Positions 48,249-60,254 of a stretch of DNA of 64,000 bases are shown here, in pieces. The stretch is from Squalus acanthias. Its lineage: Eukaryota. Position 1 is the first letter of the stretch. Each line of letters opens with the position of its first letter. Both the position numbers and the translations under genes were made by a program. The stretch spans positions 150,352,001-150,416,000 of the forward strand of contig CM059431.1 in the NCBI GenBank assembly GCA_030390025.1, read 5' to 3'. The notes under the pieces were generated by a model. The model had not been told where the DNA came from. It searched no databases and saw only the letters and a list, made by a program, of their open reading frames with translations.

Positions 48249-51200
48249 GTCTCTCTCTCTGTCTCTCTCTCTCTGTCTCTCTCTCTGTCTCTCTCTCTCT
48301 GTCTCTCTCTCTGTCTCTCTCTCTGTCTCTCTCTCTGTCTCTGTCTCTGTCTCTGTCTCTCTCTCTGTCTCTCTCTCTGTCTCTCTCTCTCGGTCTCTCT
48401 CTCTCTCTCGGTCTCTCTCTCTCTCCCGGTCTCTCTCTCTCTCTCGGTCTCTCTCTCTCTCTCGGTCTCTCTCTCTCTCTCGGTCTCTCTCTCTCTCTCG
48501 GTCTCTGTCTCTCTCTCGGTCTCTGTCTCTGTTTCTGTCGGTCTCTCTCTCGGTCTCTCTCTCGGTCTCTCTCTCTCTCTCGGTCTCTGTCTCTGTTTCT
48601 GTCGGTCTCTCTCTCGGTCTCTCTCTCGGTCTCTCTCTCTCGGTCTCTGTCTCTGTTTCTGTCGGTCTCTCTCTCGGTCTCTCTCTCGGTCTCTCTCTCG
48701 GTCTCTCTCTCGGTCTCTCTCTCGGTCTCTCTCTCGGTCTCTCTCTCGGTCTCTCTCTCGGTCTCTCTCTCGGTCTCTCTCTCGGTCTCTCTCTCGGTCT
48801 CTCTCTCGGTCTCTCTCTCGGTCTCTCTCTCGGTCTCTCTCTCGGTCTCTCTCTCGGTCTCTCTCTCGGTCTCTCTCTCGGTCTCTCTCTCGGTGTCTCT
48901 GTCTCTGTCTGTCTCTCTCTCTCGGTCTCTCTCTCTCTCTCGGTCTCTCTCTCTCTCTCGGTCTCTCTCTCTCGGTCTCTCTCTCTCTCTCGGTCTCTGT
49001 CTCTGTTTCTGTCGGTCTCTCTCTCGGTCTCTCTCTCGGTCTCTCTCTCTCTCTCGGTCTCTGTCTCTGTTTCTGTCGGTCTCTCTCTCGGTCTCTCTCT
49101 CGGTCTCTCTCTCTCGGTCTCTGTCTCTGTTTCTGTCGGTCTCTCTCTCGGTCTCTCTCTCGGTCTCTCTCTCTCTCTCGGTCTCTGTCTCTGTTTCTGT
49201 CGGTCTCTCTCTCGGTCTCTCTCTCGGTCTCTCTCTCTCGGTCTCTGTCTCTGTTTCTGTCGGTCACTCTCTCGGTCTCTCTCTCGGTCTCTCTCTCGGT
49301 CTCTCTCTCGGTCTCTCTCTCTCGGTCTCTCTCTCGGTCTCTCTCTCGGTCTCTCTCTCGGTCTCTCTCTCGGTCTCTCTCTCGGTCTCTCTCTCGGTCT
49401 CTCTCTCGGTCTCTCTCTCGGTCTCTCTCTCGGTCTCTCTCTCGGTCTCTCTCTCGGTCTCTCTCTCGGTCTCTCTCTCGGTCTCTCTCTCGGTCTCTCT
49501 CTCGGTCTCTCTCTCGGTCTCTCTCTCGGTCTCTCTCTCGGTCTCTCTGTCTCTGTCTGTCTCTCGGTCTCTCTGTCTGTGTCTGTCTCTGTCTGTGTCT
49601 CTGTCTGTCTCTCTGTCTGTCTCTCTGTCTGTCTCTCTGTCTGTGTCTCTGTCTGTGTCTCTGTCTGTGTCTCTGTCTGTGTCTCTGTCTGTGTCTCTGT
49701 CTGTGTCTCTGTCTGTGTCTCTGTCTGTGTCTCTGTCTGTGTCTCTGTCTGTGTCTCTGTCTGTGTCTCTGTCTGTGTCTCTGTCTGTGTCTCTGTCTGT
49801 GTCTCTGTCTGTGTCTCTGTCTGTCTCTCTGTCTGTCTCTCTGTCTGTCTCTCTGTCTGTCTCTCTGTCTGTCTCTCTGTCTGTCTCTCTGTCTGTCTCT
49901 CTGTCTGTCTCTCTGTCTGTCTCTCTGTCTGTCTCTCTGTCTGTCTCTCTGTCTGTCTCTCTGTCTGTCTCTCTGTCTGTCTCTCTGTCTGTCTCTCTGT
50001 CTGTCTCTCTGTCTGTCTCTCTGTCTGTCTCTCTGTCTGTCTCTCTGTCTGTCTCTCTGTCTGTCTCTCTGTCTGTCTCTCTGTCTGTCTCTCTGTCTGT
50101 CTCTCTGTCTGTCTCTCTGTCTGTCTCTCTGTCTGTCTCTCTGTCTGTCTCTCTGTCTGTCTCTCTGTCTGTCTCTCTGTCTGTCTCTCTGTCTGTCTCT
50201 CTGTCTGTCTCTCTGTCTGTCTCTCTGTCTGTCTCTCTGTCTGTCTCTCTGTCTGTCTCTCTGTCTGTCTCTCTGTCTGTCTCTCTGTCTGTCTCTCTGT
50301 CTGTCTCTCTGTCTGTCTCTCTGTCTGTCTCTCTGTCTGTCTCTCTGTCTGTCTCTCTGTCTGTCTCTCTGTCTGTCTCTCTGTCTGTCTCTCTGTCTGT
50401 CTCTCTGTCTGTCTCTCTGTCTGTCTCTCTCTGTCTGTCTCTCTCTGTCTGTCTCTCTCTGTCTGTCTCTCTCTGTCTGTCTCTCTCTGTCTGTCTCTCT
50501 CTGTCTGTCTCTCTCTGTCTGTCTCTCTCTGTCTGTCTCTCTCTGTCTGTCTCTCTCTGTCTGTCTCTCTCTGTCTGTCTCTCTCTGTCTGTCTCTCTCT
50601 GTCTGTCTCTCTCTGTCTGTCTCTCTCTGTCTGTCTCTCTCTGTCTGTCTCTCTCTGTCTGTCTCTCTCTGTCTGTCTCTCTCTGTCTGTCTCTCTCTGT
50701 CTGTCTCTCTCTGTCTGTCTCTCTCTGTCTGTCTCTCTCTGTCTGTCTCTCTCTGTCTGTCTCTCTCTGTCTGTCTCTCTCTGTCTGTCTCTCTCTGTCT
50801 GTCTCTCTCTGTCTGTCTCTCTCTGTCTGTCTCTCTCTGTCTGTCTCTCTCTGTCTGTCTCTCTCTGTCTGTCTCTCTCTGTCTGTCTCTCTCTGTCTGT
50901 CTCTCTCTGTCTGTCTCTCTCTGTCTGTCTCTCTCTGTCTGTCTCTCTCTGTCTGTCTCTCTCTGTCTGTCTCTCTCTGTCTGTCTCTCTCTGTCTGTCT
51001 CTCTCTGTCTGTCTCTCTCTGTCTGTCTCTCTCTGTCTGTCTCTCTCTGTCTGTCTCTCTCTGTCTGTCTCTCTCTGTCTGTCTCTCTCTGTCTGTCTCT
51101 CTCTGTCTGTCTCTCTCTGTCTGTCTCTCTCTGTCTGTCTCTCTCTGTCTGTCTCTCTCTGTCTGTCTCTCTCTGTCTGTCTCTCTCTCTCTGTCTCTCT

Positions 51201-52089
51201 CTGTCTGTCTCTCTCTCTCTGTCTCTCTCTGTCTGTCTCTCTCTCTCTGTCTCTCTCTCTCTGTCTCTCTCTCTCTGTCTCTCTCTCTCTGTCTCTCTCT
51301 CTCTGTCTCTCTCTCTCTGTCTCTCTCTCTCTGTCTCTCTCTCTCTGTCTCTCTCTCTCTGTCTCTCTCTCTCTGTCTCTCTCTCTCTGTCTCTCTCTCT
51401 CTGTCTCTCTCTCTCTGTCTCTCTCTCTCTGTCTCTCTCTCTCTGTCTCTCTCTCTCTGTCTCTCTCTCTCTGTCTCTCTCTCTCTGTCTCTCTCTCTCT
51501 GTCTCTCTCTCTCTGTCTCTCTCTCTCTGTCTCTCTCTCTCTGTCTCTCTCTCTCTGTCTCTCTCTCTCTGTCTCTCTCTCTCTGTCTCTCTCTCTCTGT
51601 CTCTCTCTCTCTGTCTCTCTCTCTCTGTCTCTCTCTCTCTGTCTCTCTCTCTCTGTCTCTCTCTCTCTGTCTCTCTCTCTCTGTCTCTCTCTCTCTGTCT
51701 CTCTCTCTCTGTCTCTCTCTCTCTGTCTCTCTCTCTCTGTCTCTCTCTCTCTGTCTCTCTCTCTCTGTCTCTCTCTCTCTGTCTCTCTCTCTCTGTCTCT
51801 CTCTCTCTGTCTCTCTCTCTCTGTCTCTCTCTCTCTGTCTCTCTCTCTCTGTCTCTCTCTCTCTGTCTCTCTCTCTCTGTCTCTCTCTCTCTGTCTCTCT
51901 CTCTCTGTCTCTCTCTCTCTGTCTCTCTCTCTCTGTCTCTCTCTCTCTGTCTCTCTCTCTCTGTCTCTCTCTCTCTGTCTCTCTCTCTCTCTGTCTCTCT
52001 CTCTCTCTGTCTCTCTCTCTCTCTGTCTCTCTCTCTCTCTCTGTCTCTCTCTCTCTCTCTGTCTCTCTCTCTCTCTCTGTCTCTCTCTC

Positions 52090-52132
<43 letters not shown>

Positions 52133-52167
52133 GTCTCTCTCTCTCTCTGTCTCTGTCTGTCTCTCTC

Positions 52168-52231
<64 letters not shown>

Positions 52232-52265
52232 TCTCTGTCTCTCTCTCTCTCTCTGTCTCTCTCTC

Positions 52266-52308
<43 letters not shown>

Positions 52309-52747
52309 GTCTCTCTCTCTCTCTGTCTCTGTCTGTCTCTCTCTCTGTCTGTCTGTCTGTCTCTCTCTCGGCCGTCTCTCTCTCGGCCGTCTCTCTCTCT
52401 CTCTCTCGGCCGTCTCTCTCTCTCTCTCTCTCGGCCGTCTCTCTCTCTCTCTCTCGGCCGTCTCTCTCTCTCTCTCTCGGCCGTCTCTCTCTCTCTCTCT
52501 CTCGGCCGTCTCTCTCTCTCTCTCTCTCGGCCGTCTCTCTCTCTCTCTCTCTCTCTCTCGGCCGTCTCTCTCTCTCTCTCTCTCTCGGCCGTCTCTCTCT
52601 CTCTCTCTCTCTCTCTCGGCCGTCTCTCTCTCTCTCTCTCTCGGCCGTCTCTCTCTCTCTCTCTCGGCCGTCTCTCTCTCTCTCTCTCGGCCGTCTCCCC
52701 CTCTCTCTCTCTCTCTGTCTCCCCCTCTCTCTCTCTCTCTGTCTCTG

Positions 52748-52782
<35 letters not shown>

Positions 52783-52783
52783 G

Positions 52784-52848
<65 letters not shown>

Positions 52849-53683
52849 GTCTGTCTGTCTCTCTCTCTGTCTGTCTCTCTCTCTGTCTGTCTCTCTCTCT
52901 GTCTGTCTCTCTGTCTGTCTGTCTCTCTGTCTGTCTGTCTCTCTGTCTGTCTGTCTCTCTGTCTGTCTGTCTCTCTGTCTGTCTGTCTCTCTGTCTGTCT
53001 GTCTCTCTCTCTGTCTGTCTCTCTCTCTGTCTGTCTCTCTCTCTCTGTCTGTCTCTCTCTCTGTGTCTGTCTCTCTCTCTGTGTCTGTCTCTCTCTCTGT
53101 GTCTGTCTCTCTCTCTGTGTCTGTCTCTCTCTCTGTGTCTGTCTCTCTCTCTGTGTCTGTCTCTCTCTCTGTGTCTGTCTCTCTCTCTGTGTCTGTCTCT
53201 CTCTCTGTCTGTCTCTCTCTCTGTGTCTGTCTCTCTCTCTGTGTCTGTCTCTCTCTCTGTGTCTGTCTCTCTCTCTGTGTCTGTCTCTCTCTCTGTGTCT
53301 GTCTCTCTCTCTCTGTCTGTCTCTCTCTCTCTGTCTGTCTCTCTCTCTCTGTCTGTCTCTCTCTCTCTGTCTGTCTCTCTCTCTCTGTCTGTCTCTCTCT
53401 CTCTGTCTGTCTCTCTCTCTCTGTCTGTCTGTCTGTCTCTCTCTCGGCCGTCTCTCTCTCGGCCGTCTCTCTCTCTCTCTCGGCCGTCTCTCTCTCTCTC
53501 TCTCTCTCGGCCGTCTCTCTCTCTCCTCTCTCTCTCGGCCGTCTCTCTCTCTCTCTCGGCCCCTCTCCCCCTCTCTCTCGGCCCCTCTCCCCCTCTCTCT
53601 CGGCCGTCTCCCCCTCTCTCTCGGCCGTCTCCCCCTCTCTCTCTCTCTCTGTCTCCCCCTCTCTCTCTCTCTCTCTGTCTCTG

Positions 53684-53767
<84 letters not shown>

Positions 53768-54000
53768 GGCCGTCTCTCTCTCTCTCTCTCTCGGCCGTCT
53801 CTCTCTCTCTCTCGGCAGTCTCTCTCTCTCTCTCGGCAGTCTCTCTCTCTCTCTCTTTCTCTCTCTCGGCAGTCTCTCTCTCTCTCTCTCTCTCGGCAGT
53901 CTCTCTCTCTCTCTCTCTCGGCTGTCTCTCTCTCTCTCGGCCCTCTCTCTCTCTCTCTCGGCCGTCTCTCTCTCTCGGCCGTCTCTCTCTCTCCCTCACT
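47515..54000. repeat. About 6.5-kb compound CT-rich microsatellite with homogeneous sub-domains
   Basis: Blocks of CTCTCTCGGT (10-mer), GTCTCTGTCTGT and CTCTCTGTCTGT (12-mers), 14-mers and CGGCCG-interrupted (CT)n. Confidence 0.98.
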
Positions 54001-54289
54001 GTCTCTGCCCACCCACAGCCCTGAACAGTTTAGCTATAACACTTTGCCAGTCTGCCCTCTGTTTTCCCTGCTGCCTGGCTGACTGTTGTGTCAACATGCT
54101 TTGTTTTAATTGCCTGAGCCTGGCTCGGCCAGGGTGTGTGTGTGTGTGTGTGTGCGCGATGCCGACCTTGTGACCTCTACATGTTTCATGTGCTGCTTTG
54201 AAAAAAGAGCTGGGGGAGTTCTCCCCGGTGTGCTGGCCAACATCTGTCCCCCCAACCATCATCCGGTCATTCATCTCATCGCTGTGTGG

Positions 54290-56055
54290 GAAATTTATAC
54301 AGCGCCTTTCACCACCTCAGATACCCCAAAGTTCTTCGGCCATTCAAGTACCTTTTGACGTGCAGTCACTGTTGTAATATAGGAAACACGGCAGCCAATT
54401 TGCGCACAGCAAGCTCCCACAAGCAGCAATGTGCTAACGACCCGATAATCTGCTGAAGAACATAACCGAAGAATTCGGCGCTGTAGCAGTCCATGCGGCC
54501 CCTCGAGCCTGCTCCGCCATTCAGTGAGATCTCACTGAGCTTCGACCTCAACTCCACCTTCCCGCCCGATCCCCATATCCCTTGATTCCCCTCGAGTCCA
54601 AAAATCCATCTCGGCCTTGAATATACTCAACCACTGAGCATCAACAGCCCTCTCGGGCCGAGAATTCCAAAGATTCACAACCCTCTGAGTGAAGAAATTC
54701 CTCCTTAACACAGTGCTGAACGGCCGACCCCTTATCCTGAGACTATGCCCCCAAGTTCTGGACTCTCCAGCCAGGGGAAACAACCTCTCAGCAACTACCC
54801 TGTCAAAGTTTTAGTGACGTTGGTTGAGAGATAAGTATTGGCCCAGGACACAGGGGCGACCTCCCCTGCTGTTCAAAATAGTGGCTGTGGGATCTCTGAC
54901 AGCCACCTGAGAGGGCAGACGGGGCCTCGGTTTAACGTCTCATCTGAAAGACGGCACCTCTTCTGACCGCGCCGCGCTCCCTCGGCACTGCCCCCTCCGA
55001 GAGCGCCGCGCTCCCTCGGCACTGCCCCCTCCGACAGCGCAGCGCTCCCTCGGTACCGTCCCCTCCGACCGCGCCGCGCCCCGCCCCGCCCCCTCAGCCC
55101 TGCCCCCTCCGACCGCGCCGCGCTCCCTCGGCCCTGCCCCCTCCGACCGCGCCGCGCTCCCTCGGCCCTGCCCCCTCCGACCGCGCCGCGCTCCCTCGGC
55201 CCTGCCCCCTCCGACCGCGCCGCGCTCCCTCGGCCCTGCCCCCTCCGACCGCGCCGCGCTCCCTCGGCCCTGCCCCCTCCGACCGCGCCGCGCTCCCTCG
55301 GCCCTGCCCCCTCCGACCGCGCCGCGCTCCCTCGGCCCTGCCCCCTCCGACCGCGCCGCGCTCCCTCGGCCCTGCCCCCTCCGACCGCGCCGCGCTCCCT
55401 CGGCCCTGCCCCCTCCGACCGCGCCGCGCTCCCTCGGCCCTGCCCCCTCCGACCGCGCCGCGCTCCCTCGGCCCTGCCCCCTCCGACCGCGCCGCGCTCC
55501 CTCGGCCCTGCCCCCTCCGACCGCGCCGCGCTCCCTCGGCCCTGCCCCCTCCGACCGCGCCGCGCTCCCTCGGCCCTGCCCCCTCCGACCGCGCCGCGCT
55601 CCCTCGGCCCTGCCCCCTCCGACCGCGCCGCGCTCCCTCGGCCCTGCCCCCTCCGACCGCGCCGCGCTCCCTCGGCCCTGCCCCCTCCGACCGCGCCGCG
55701 CTCCCTCGGCCCTGCCCCCTCCGACCGCGCCGCGCTCCCTCGGCCCTGCCCCCTCCGACCGCGCCGCGCTCCCTCGGCCCTGCCCCCTCCGACCGCGCCG
55801 CGCTCCCTCGGCCCTGCCCCCTCCGACCGCGCCGCGCTCCCTGGGCCCTGCCCCCTCCGACCGCGCCGCGCTCCCTGGGCCCTGCCCCCTCCGACCGCGC
55901 CGCGCTCCCTGGGCCCTGCCCCCTCCGACCGCGCCGCGCTCCCTGGGCCCTGCCGAGTGTCGGCCTGGATTATGGGGCTGAGGTCTCTGGAGTCGGGACT
56001 CCAACCCACGACCTTCTGACTCCGAGGCGCGAGTGTTGCCCACTGAGCTCGGCTG
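54290..56055 (-). mobile_element. Deu-domain SINE with GC-rich 34-bp array (about 54965-55950) and a CR1 3' insert (about 54458-54806)
   Basis: Head gctcagtggg...gggttggagtccc; Deu core gacggggcctcggtttaacgtctcatctgaaagacggcac; unit ctccgaccgcgccgcgctccctcggccctgcccc, about 29 copies. Confidence 0.9.
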
Positions 56056-56412
56056 ACATCTTGCTATGCGCACCTTGACTGCCCCGCTTCCCTTCGTAAC
56101 AACACCGAGAACACTTGAATAATACTTCATTGGCTGTCAAGCGCTTTGGGACGTCCTGAGGTGGTGAGAGGCACTGTATAAACGGCAGTCCTCTGTCTGA
56201 CCAGCAGTCTGTCCGGGAGTTGAGACTGCAGCTTCTGATCAAACATGGGGCTCTATCTCCCTCCTGTGGTCGATGATTGCATTACACCCACCTACTACAA
56301 CAACAGCTTGCGTTTATATGAAAGAAAAGACTTTCATTTATATAGCACCTTTCACAACCCAAAGCGCTTTACAGCCAGTGAAGTACTCTTGAAGTGTACT
56401 CACTGTTGTAAT

Positions 56413-57609
56413 AATCTTCTGAGGCGGAACCGAGGATGACTTGCTTCCACACTAAAAATGAGTTCTCAGGTGATTCATGAGTCCAATGCGGGACCTACAG
56501 TCTCTGTCACAGGTGGGGCAGACGGTGGTTGAAGGGGCGGGTGGGTGGGGTGCTTGGGTTGACGTGCGCCCCTTCCGCTGTTTGCGCTTGGCTTCCGCTT
56601 GCTCCCAGCCAAGAGACTCGAGGTGTTCAGCGCCTTCCCAGAGTCTTCTCCTCCACTTTGTGCGGTCTTGGGCCAGGGATTCCCAGTTACATAAGAACAT
56701 AAGAAATAGGAGCAGGAGTAGGCCAATCGGCCCCTCGAGCCTGCCCCGCCATTCAATAAGATCATGGCTGATCTGATCCTAACCTCCAATCTAAAGAACA
56801 CAAGAAGTAGGAGCAGGACCCGGCCACTCAGCCCCTGGGCCCGCTCCGCCACCCACAGGGCCTTGACCGATCCGAACTCAGCCTCATGTCCAATTTCCTG
56901 CCCGCTCCCCGTAACCCCTAATTCCCTTTACTTCTAGGAAACTGTCTATTTCTGTTTTAAATTTATTTAATGATGTAGCTTCCTGGGGTAGCAAATTCCA
57001 CAGACCTACTACCCTCTGAGTGAAGAAGTTTCTCCTCATCTCAGTTTTGAAAGAGCAGCCCCTTATTCTAAGCTTATGCCCCTAGTCTAGTTTCACCCAT
57101 CCTTGGGAACATCCTTACCGCATCCACCCGATCAAGCCCCTTCACAATCTTATATGTTTCAATAAGATCGCCTCTCATTCTTCTGAACTCCAATGAGTAG
57201 AGTCCCAATCTACTGAACCTCTCCTCGTATGCTCATCCCCGGGATTAACCGAGTGAACCTTCTTTGTACTGCCTCGAGAGCAAGTATGTCTTTTCTTAAG
57301 TATGGACACCAAAACTGTATGCAGTATTCCAGGTGCGGTCTCACCAATACCTTATATAACTGCAGCAATACCTCCCTGTTTTTATAATCTATCCCCCTAG
57401 CAATGAAAGCCAACATTCCGTTGGCCTTCTTGATCACCTGCTGCACCTGCACCAGTTGTCGGTGGGGATGTTGCACTTTTTCAAGGAGGCTTTGCGGGTG
57501 TCCTCGAAGCGTTTCCTCTGCCCACCTGGGGCTCTCTTGCCGTGTCGGAGCTCCGAGTGGAGCGCTTGCTTCGGGAGTCTCGTATCGTGCATGCGGGCGG
57601 TGTGTCCCC
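56413..57609 (-). mobile_element. RTE-clade LINE 3' end, inserted in a SINE and split by a CR1
   Basis: RMHDTRLPKQAL.SEL..GKR..GGQRKRFED..KASLKKCNI..DN|WESLAQDR..WR...CPTCDRDCRSRIGL.NHLRTH. Confidence 0.88.
56689..57451 (-). mobile_element. CR1 3' end, doubled-tail family; 6-bp TSD
   Basis: ccagtt at 56683-56688 and 57452-57457; QVQQVIKKANGMLAFIARG... Confidence 0.9.
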
Positions 57610-57879
57610 GTTGTGATGTCGAAAAGGCGGCAGCCAGTTTGCGCGCAGCAAGCTCCCACAAACAGCAATGTGCGAACGACCGGAGAATCTGTTTTAATGA
57701 TGATTGAGGGATAAATCTGCACTGTCGGAGGCTGTGTACTAATTGGCCGTTGTATTTTCTACAATACAACAGTGGCAGCACCTTCCAAAGAAGTACTTTG
57801 TTCGCTGTGAATTGCTTTGGGACATCCTGAGGTAATGCGCTGTACAAATACAAGTCTTGTCTTTGACCAGCCAATGAAT

Positions 57880-59330
57880 TAATTTTGAGTTTTAGGCCAA
57901 TGAAAGGAGATATTGGCCTTGGGAGGGGGTGCAGCACAAATTCACCAGAATGATATCGGGGCTTAAAGGGTTAAATCCCGAGGATCGTTTGCATAAACCT
58001 GGCTTGTGTTCCTTGTCGTACAGAAGATTGAGCGGCCATCTGATCGAGGGTGTTTAAAATGTCAAGATTAGATAGTGAGAAACTCTTTCGTCTGGTTGGG
58101 GAGGGGGAGCGAGTCAGGAACAAGGGGGACATAACCTTACGCTCAGAGCTAGGGGTGTCGTCGGGAAGCACTTCATCACGCACAGGGTAGAGGAGATCTG
58201 CAAAACTCTCTTGCAAAGATCTGTGGATGCTGGCGTTCAATTGAAGCTTTCAAGATTGAGATTGATGGATTTTTATCAGGTAAGGGTTTCCAGGGATGTC
58301 GAGCTAAGGCGGGTAAATGGAGTTGAGGCACAGATCAGCCATGATCTGGTGGAATTGGCGGAACAGGCTCGAGGGGCTGAATGGCCTCCTCCTGTTCCTG
58401 TGTAACAGGCTCTCGGGGCTGAATGGCCTCCTCCTGTTCCTGTGTAACAGGCTCTCGGGGCTGAATGGCCTCCTCCTGTTCCTGTGTAACAGGCTCTAGG
58501 GGCTGAATGGCCTCCTCCTGTTCCTGTGTAACAGGCTCGAGGGGCTGAATGGCCTCCTCCTGTTCCTGTGTAACAGGCTCGAGGGGCTGAATGGCCTCCT
58601 CCTGTTCCTGTGTAACAGGCTCGAGGGTCTGAATGGCCTCCTCCTGTTCCTGTGTAACAGGCTCGAGGGGCTGAATGGCCTCCTCCTGTTCCTGTGTAAC
58701 AGGCTCGAGGGGCTGAACGACCTCCTCCTGTTCCTGTGTAACAGGCTCGAGGGGCTGAATGGCCTCCTCCTGTTCCTGTGTAACAGGCTCGAGGGGCTGA
58801 ATGGCCTCCTCCTGTTCCTGTGTAACAGGCTCGAGGGGCTGAACGACCTCCTCCTGTTCCTGTGTAACAGGCTCGAGGGGGCTGAATGGTGTCCTCCTGT
58901 TCCTGTGTAACAGGCTCGAGGGGCTGAACGACCTCCTCCTGTTCCTGTGTAACAGGCTCGAGGGGGCTGAACGACCTCCTCCTGTTCCTGTGTAACAGGC
59001 TCGAGGGGGCTGAATGGTGTCCTCCTGTTCCTGTGTAACAGGCTCGAGGGGCTGAACGACCTCCTCCTGTTCCTGTGTAACAGGCTCGAGGGGGCTGAAT
59101 GGTGTCCTCCTGTTCCTGTGTAACAGGCTCGAGGGGCTGAACGACCTCCTCCTGTTCCTGTGTAACAGGCTCGAGGGGCTGAACGACCTCCTCCTGTTCC
59201 TGTGTAACAGGCTCGAGGGGGCTGAACGGCCTCCTCCTGTTCCTGTGTAACAGGCTCGAGGGGCTGAACGACGACCTCCTGTTCCTGTGTAACAGGCTCG
59301 ACGGAGCTGAATTGCCTCCTCCTGCTCCTG
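57880..59330 (+). repeat. CR1 3' end with terminal hairpin amplified as a 42-43-bp array (about 58361-59330, about 23 units)
   Basis: Same unit as 35270-35590, directly after gatcagccatgatc...tggcgg CR1 3'UTR. Confidence 0.92.
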
Positions 59331-59549
59331 GTCACCCCTTATGCAGGCAAACAGGGCAGTGTGGTTACGTTCAAGGTGTCTCAGACAGTGAATGGCCAGT
59401 TGCTCTGTGTTTGGTGTTGGTTGAGGGAGGAGTGATGGACAGGGCAGTGGGAGACTTCAGCTACTCCTCCACCACCCATGGGATGATCTTCATCCACCTG
59501 AAGAAACGGGCGGATTAAATGTCTCCCCTCAGCGGAGCATCAGCCTAGG

Positions 59550-59890
59550 GTAACTCCTTCTATTCCTTTCTCCCTCGTGCTAATCGAGCTTCCCTTAAAT
59601 GCCTCTCTGCTATTCACCTAAACCACTCCCTGTGATAGCGAGTTCCCCAATCTCTCACCCTCTGTGGGTAAAGAAGTTTCTCCTGAATTCTCGATTGGAC
59701 TTATTAGTGACGATCTTATATTGATAGCCATTAGTTCTGGTCTCCCCCACAACTGGAAACATCTTCTCTACGTCTACCCTATCAAACCCTTTCATTATCT
59801 TAAAGACCTCTATCTGGTCACCCCTCAGCCTTCTCTTATCTAGAGAGACGAGCCCCAGGCTGTCGGCCTTTCCCGATCGGTGTAACCCCG
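59550..59890 (-). mobile_element. CR1 3' fragment
   Basis: KRRLRGD.IEVFKIMKGFDRVD...NREFRRNFFT. Confidence 0.85.
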
Positions 59891-59995
59891 CAGTTGTTGA
59901 TGTGACGTACCTGAGGAAGGAGTGGGGAAAGTGGGCCCCGATTTGGATGCAGAGCAAGTACAGATCGCCTAACCGCGCTCTCTCTCTCTCCCCAG

Positions 59996-60204
59996 GACAC
60001 AGGCGGAGATGGGGCATACGTGCCGTGGGACAATAAACCTCGCCACCGCCAACATCACAGTGGAGGATTCGTGCAATTTCATCATCTCCAACGGAGGCGC
60101 CCAGACCTACCACCTGAAGGCCAGCTCGGAGGTGGAGCGACAGCGCTGGATTACAGCCCTGGAACTGGCCAAAGCCAAAGCTGTCAAGATGCAGGCTGAG
60201 TCAG
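59996..60204 (+). CDS. OSBP: OSBP internal coding exon (probable exon 2), C-terminal part of PH domain
   Basis: Pyrimidine tract ctctctctctccccAG acceptor and G|GTAGGG donor; 209 bp. Translates (R)TQAEMGHTCRGTINLATANITVEDSCNFIISNGGAQTYHLKASSEVERQRWITALELAKAKAVKMQAES, which I recognise as the OSBP PH domain. Confidence 0.96.
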
Positions 60205-60254
60205 GTAGGGGAATGAGCGGGTGGAGCGGGGCTTCAATATCCCTGGGGGAATGA

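Noticed and set aside
47474..54173. ORFs of 600-2230 aa (SLSV.. / RERD..)
   Set aside because: Translations of a microsatellite that almost lacks stop codons in any frame on either strand; no domain content.
54873..56130. Gly/Arg-rich 378-396 aa ORFs
   Set aside because: 34-bp SINE-derived array; the frame rotates with each unit.
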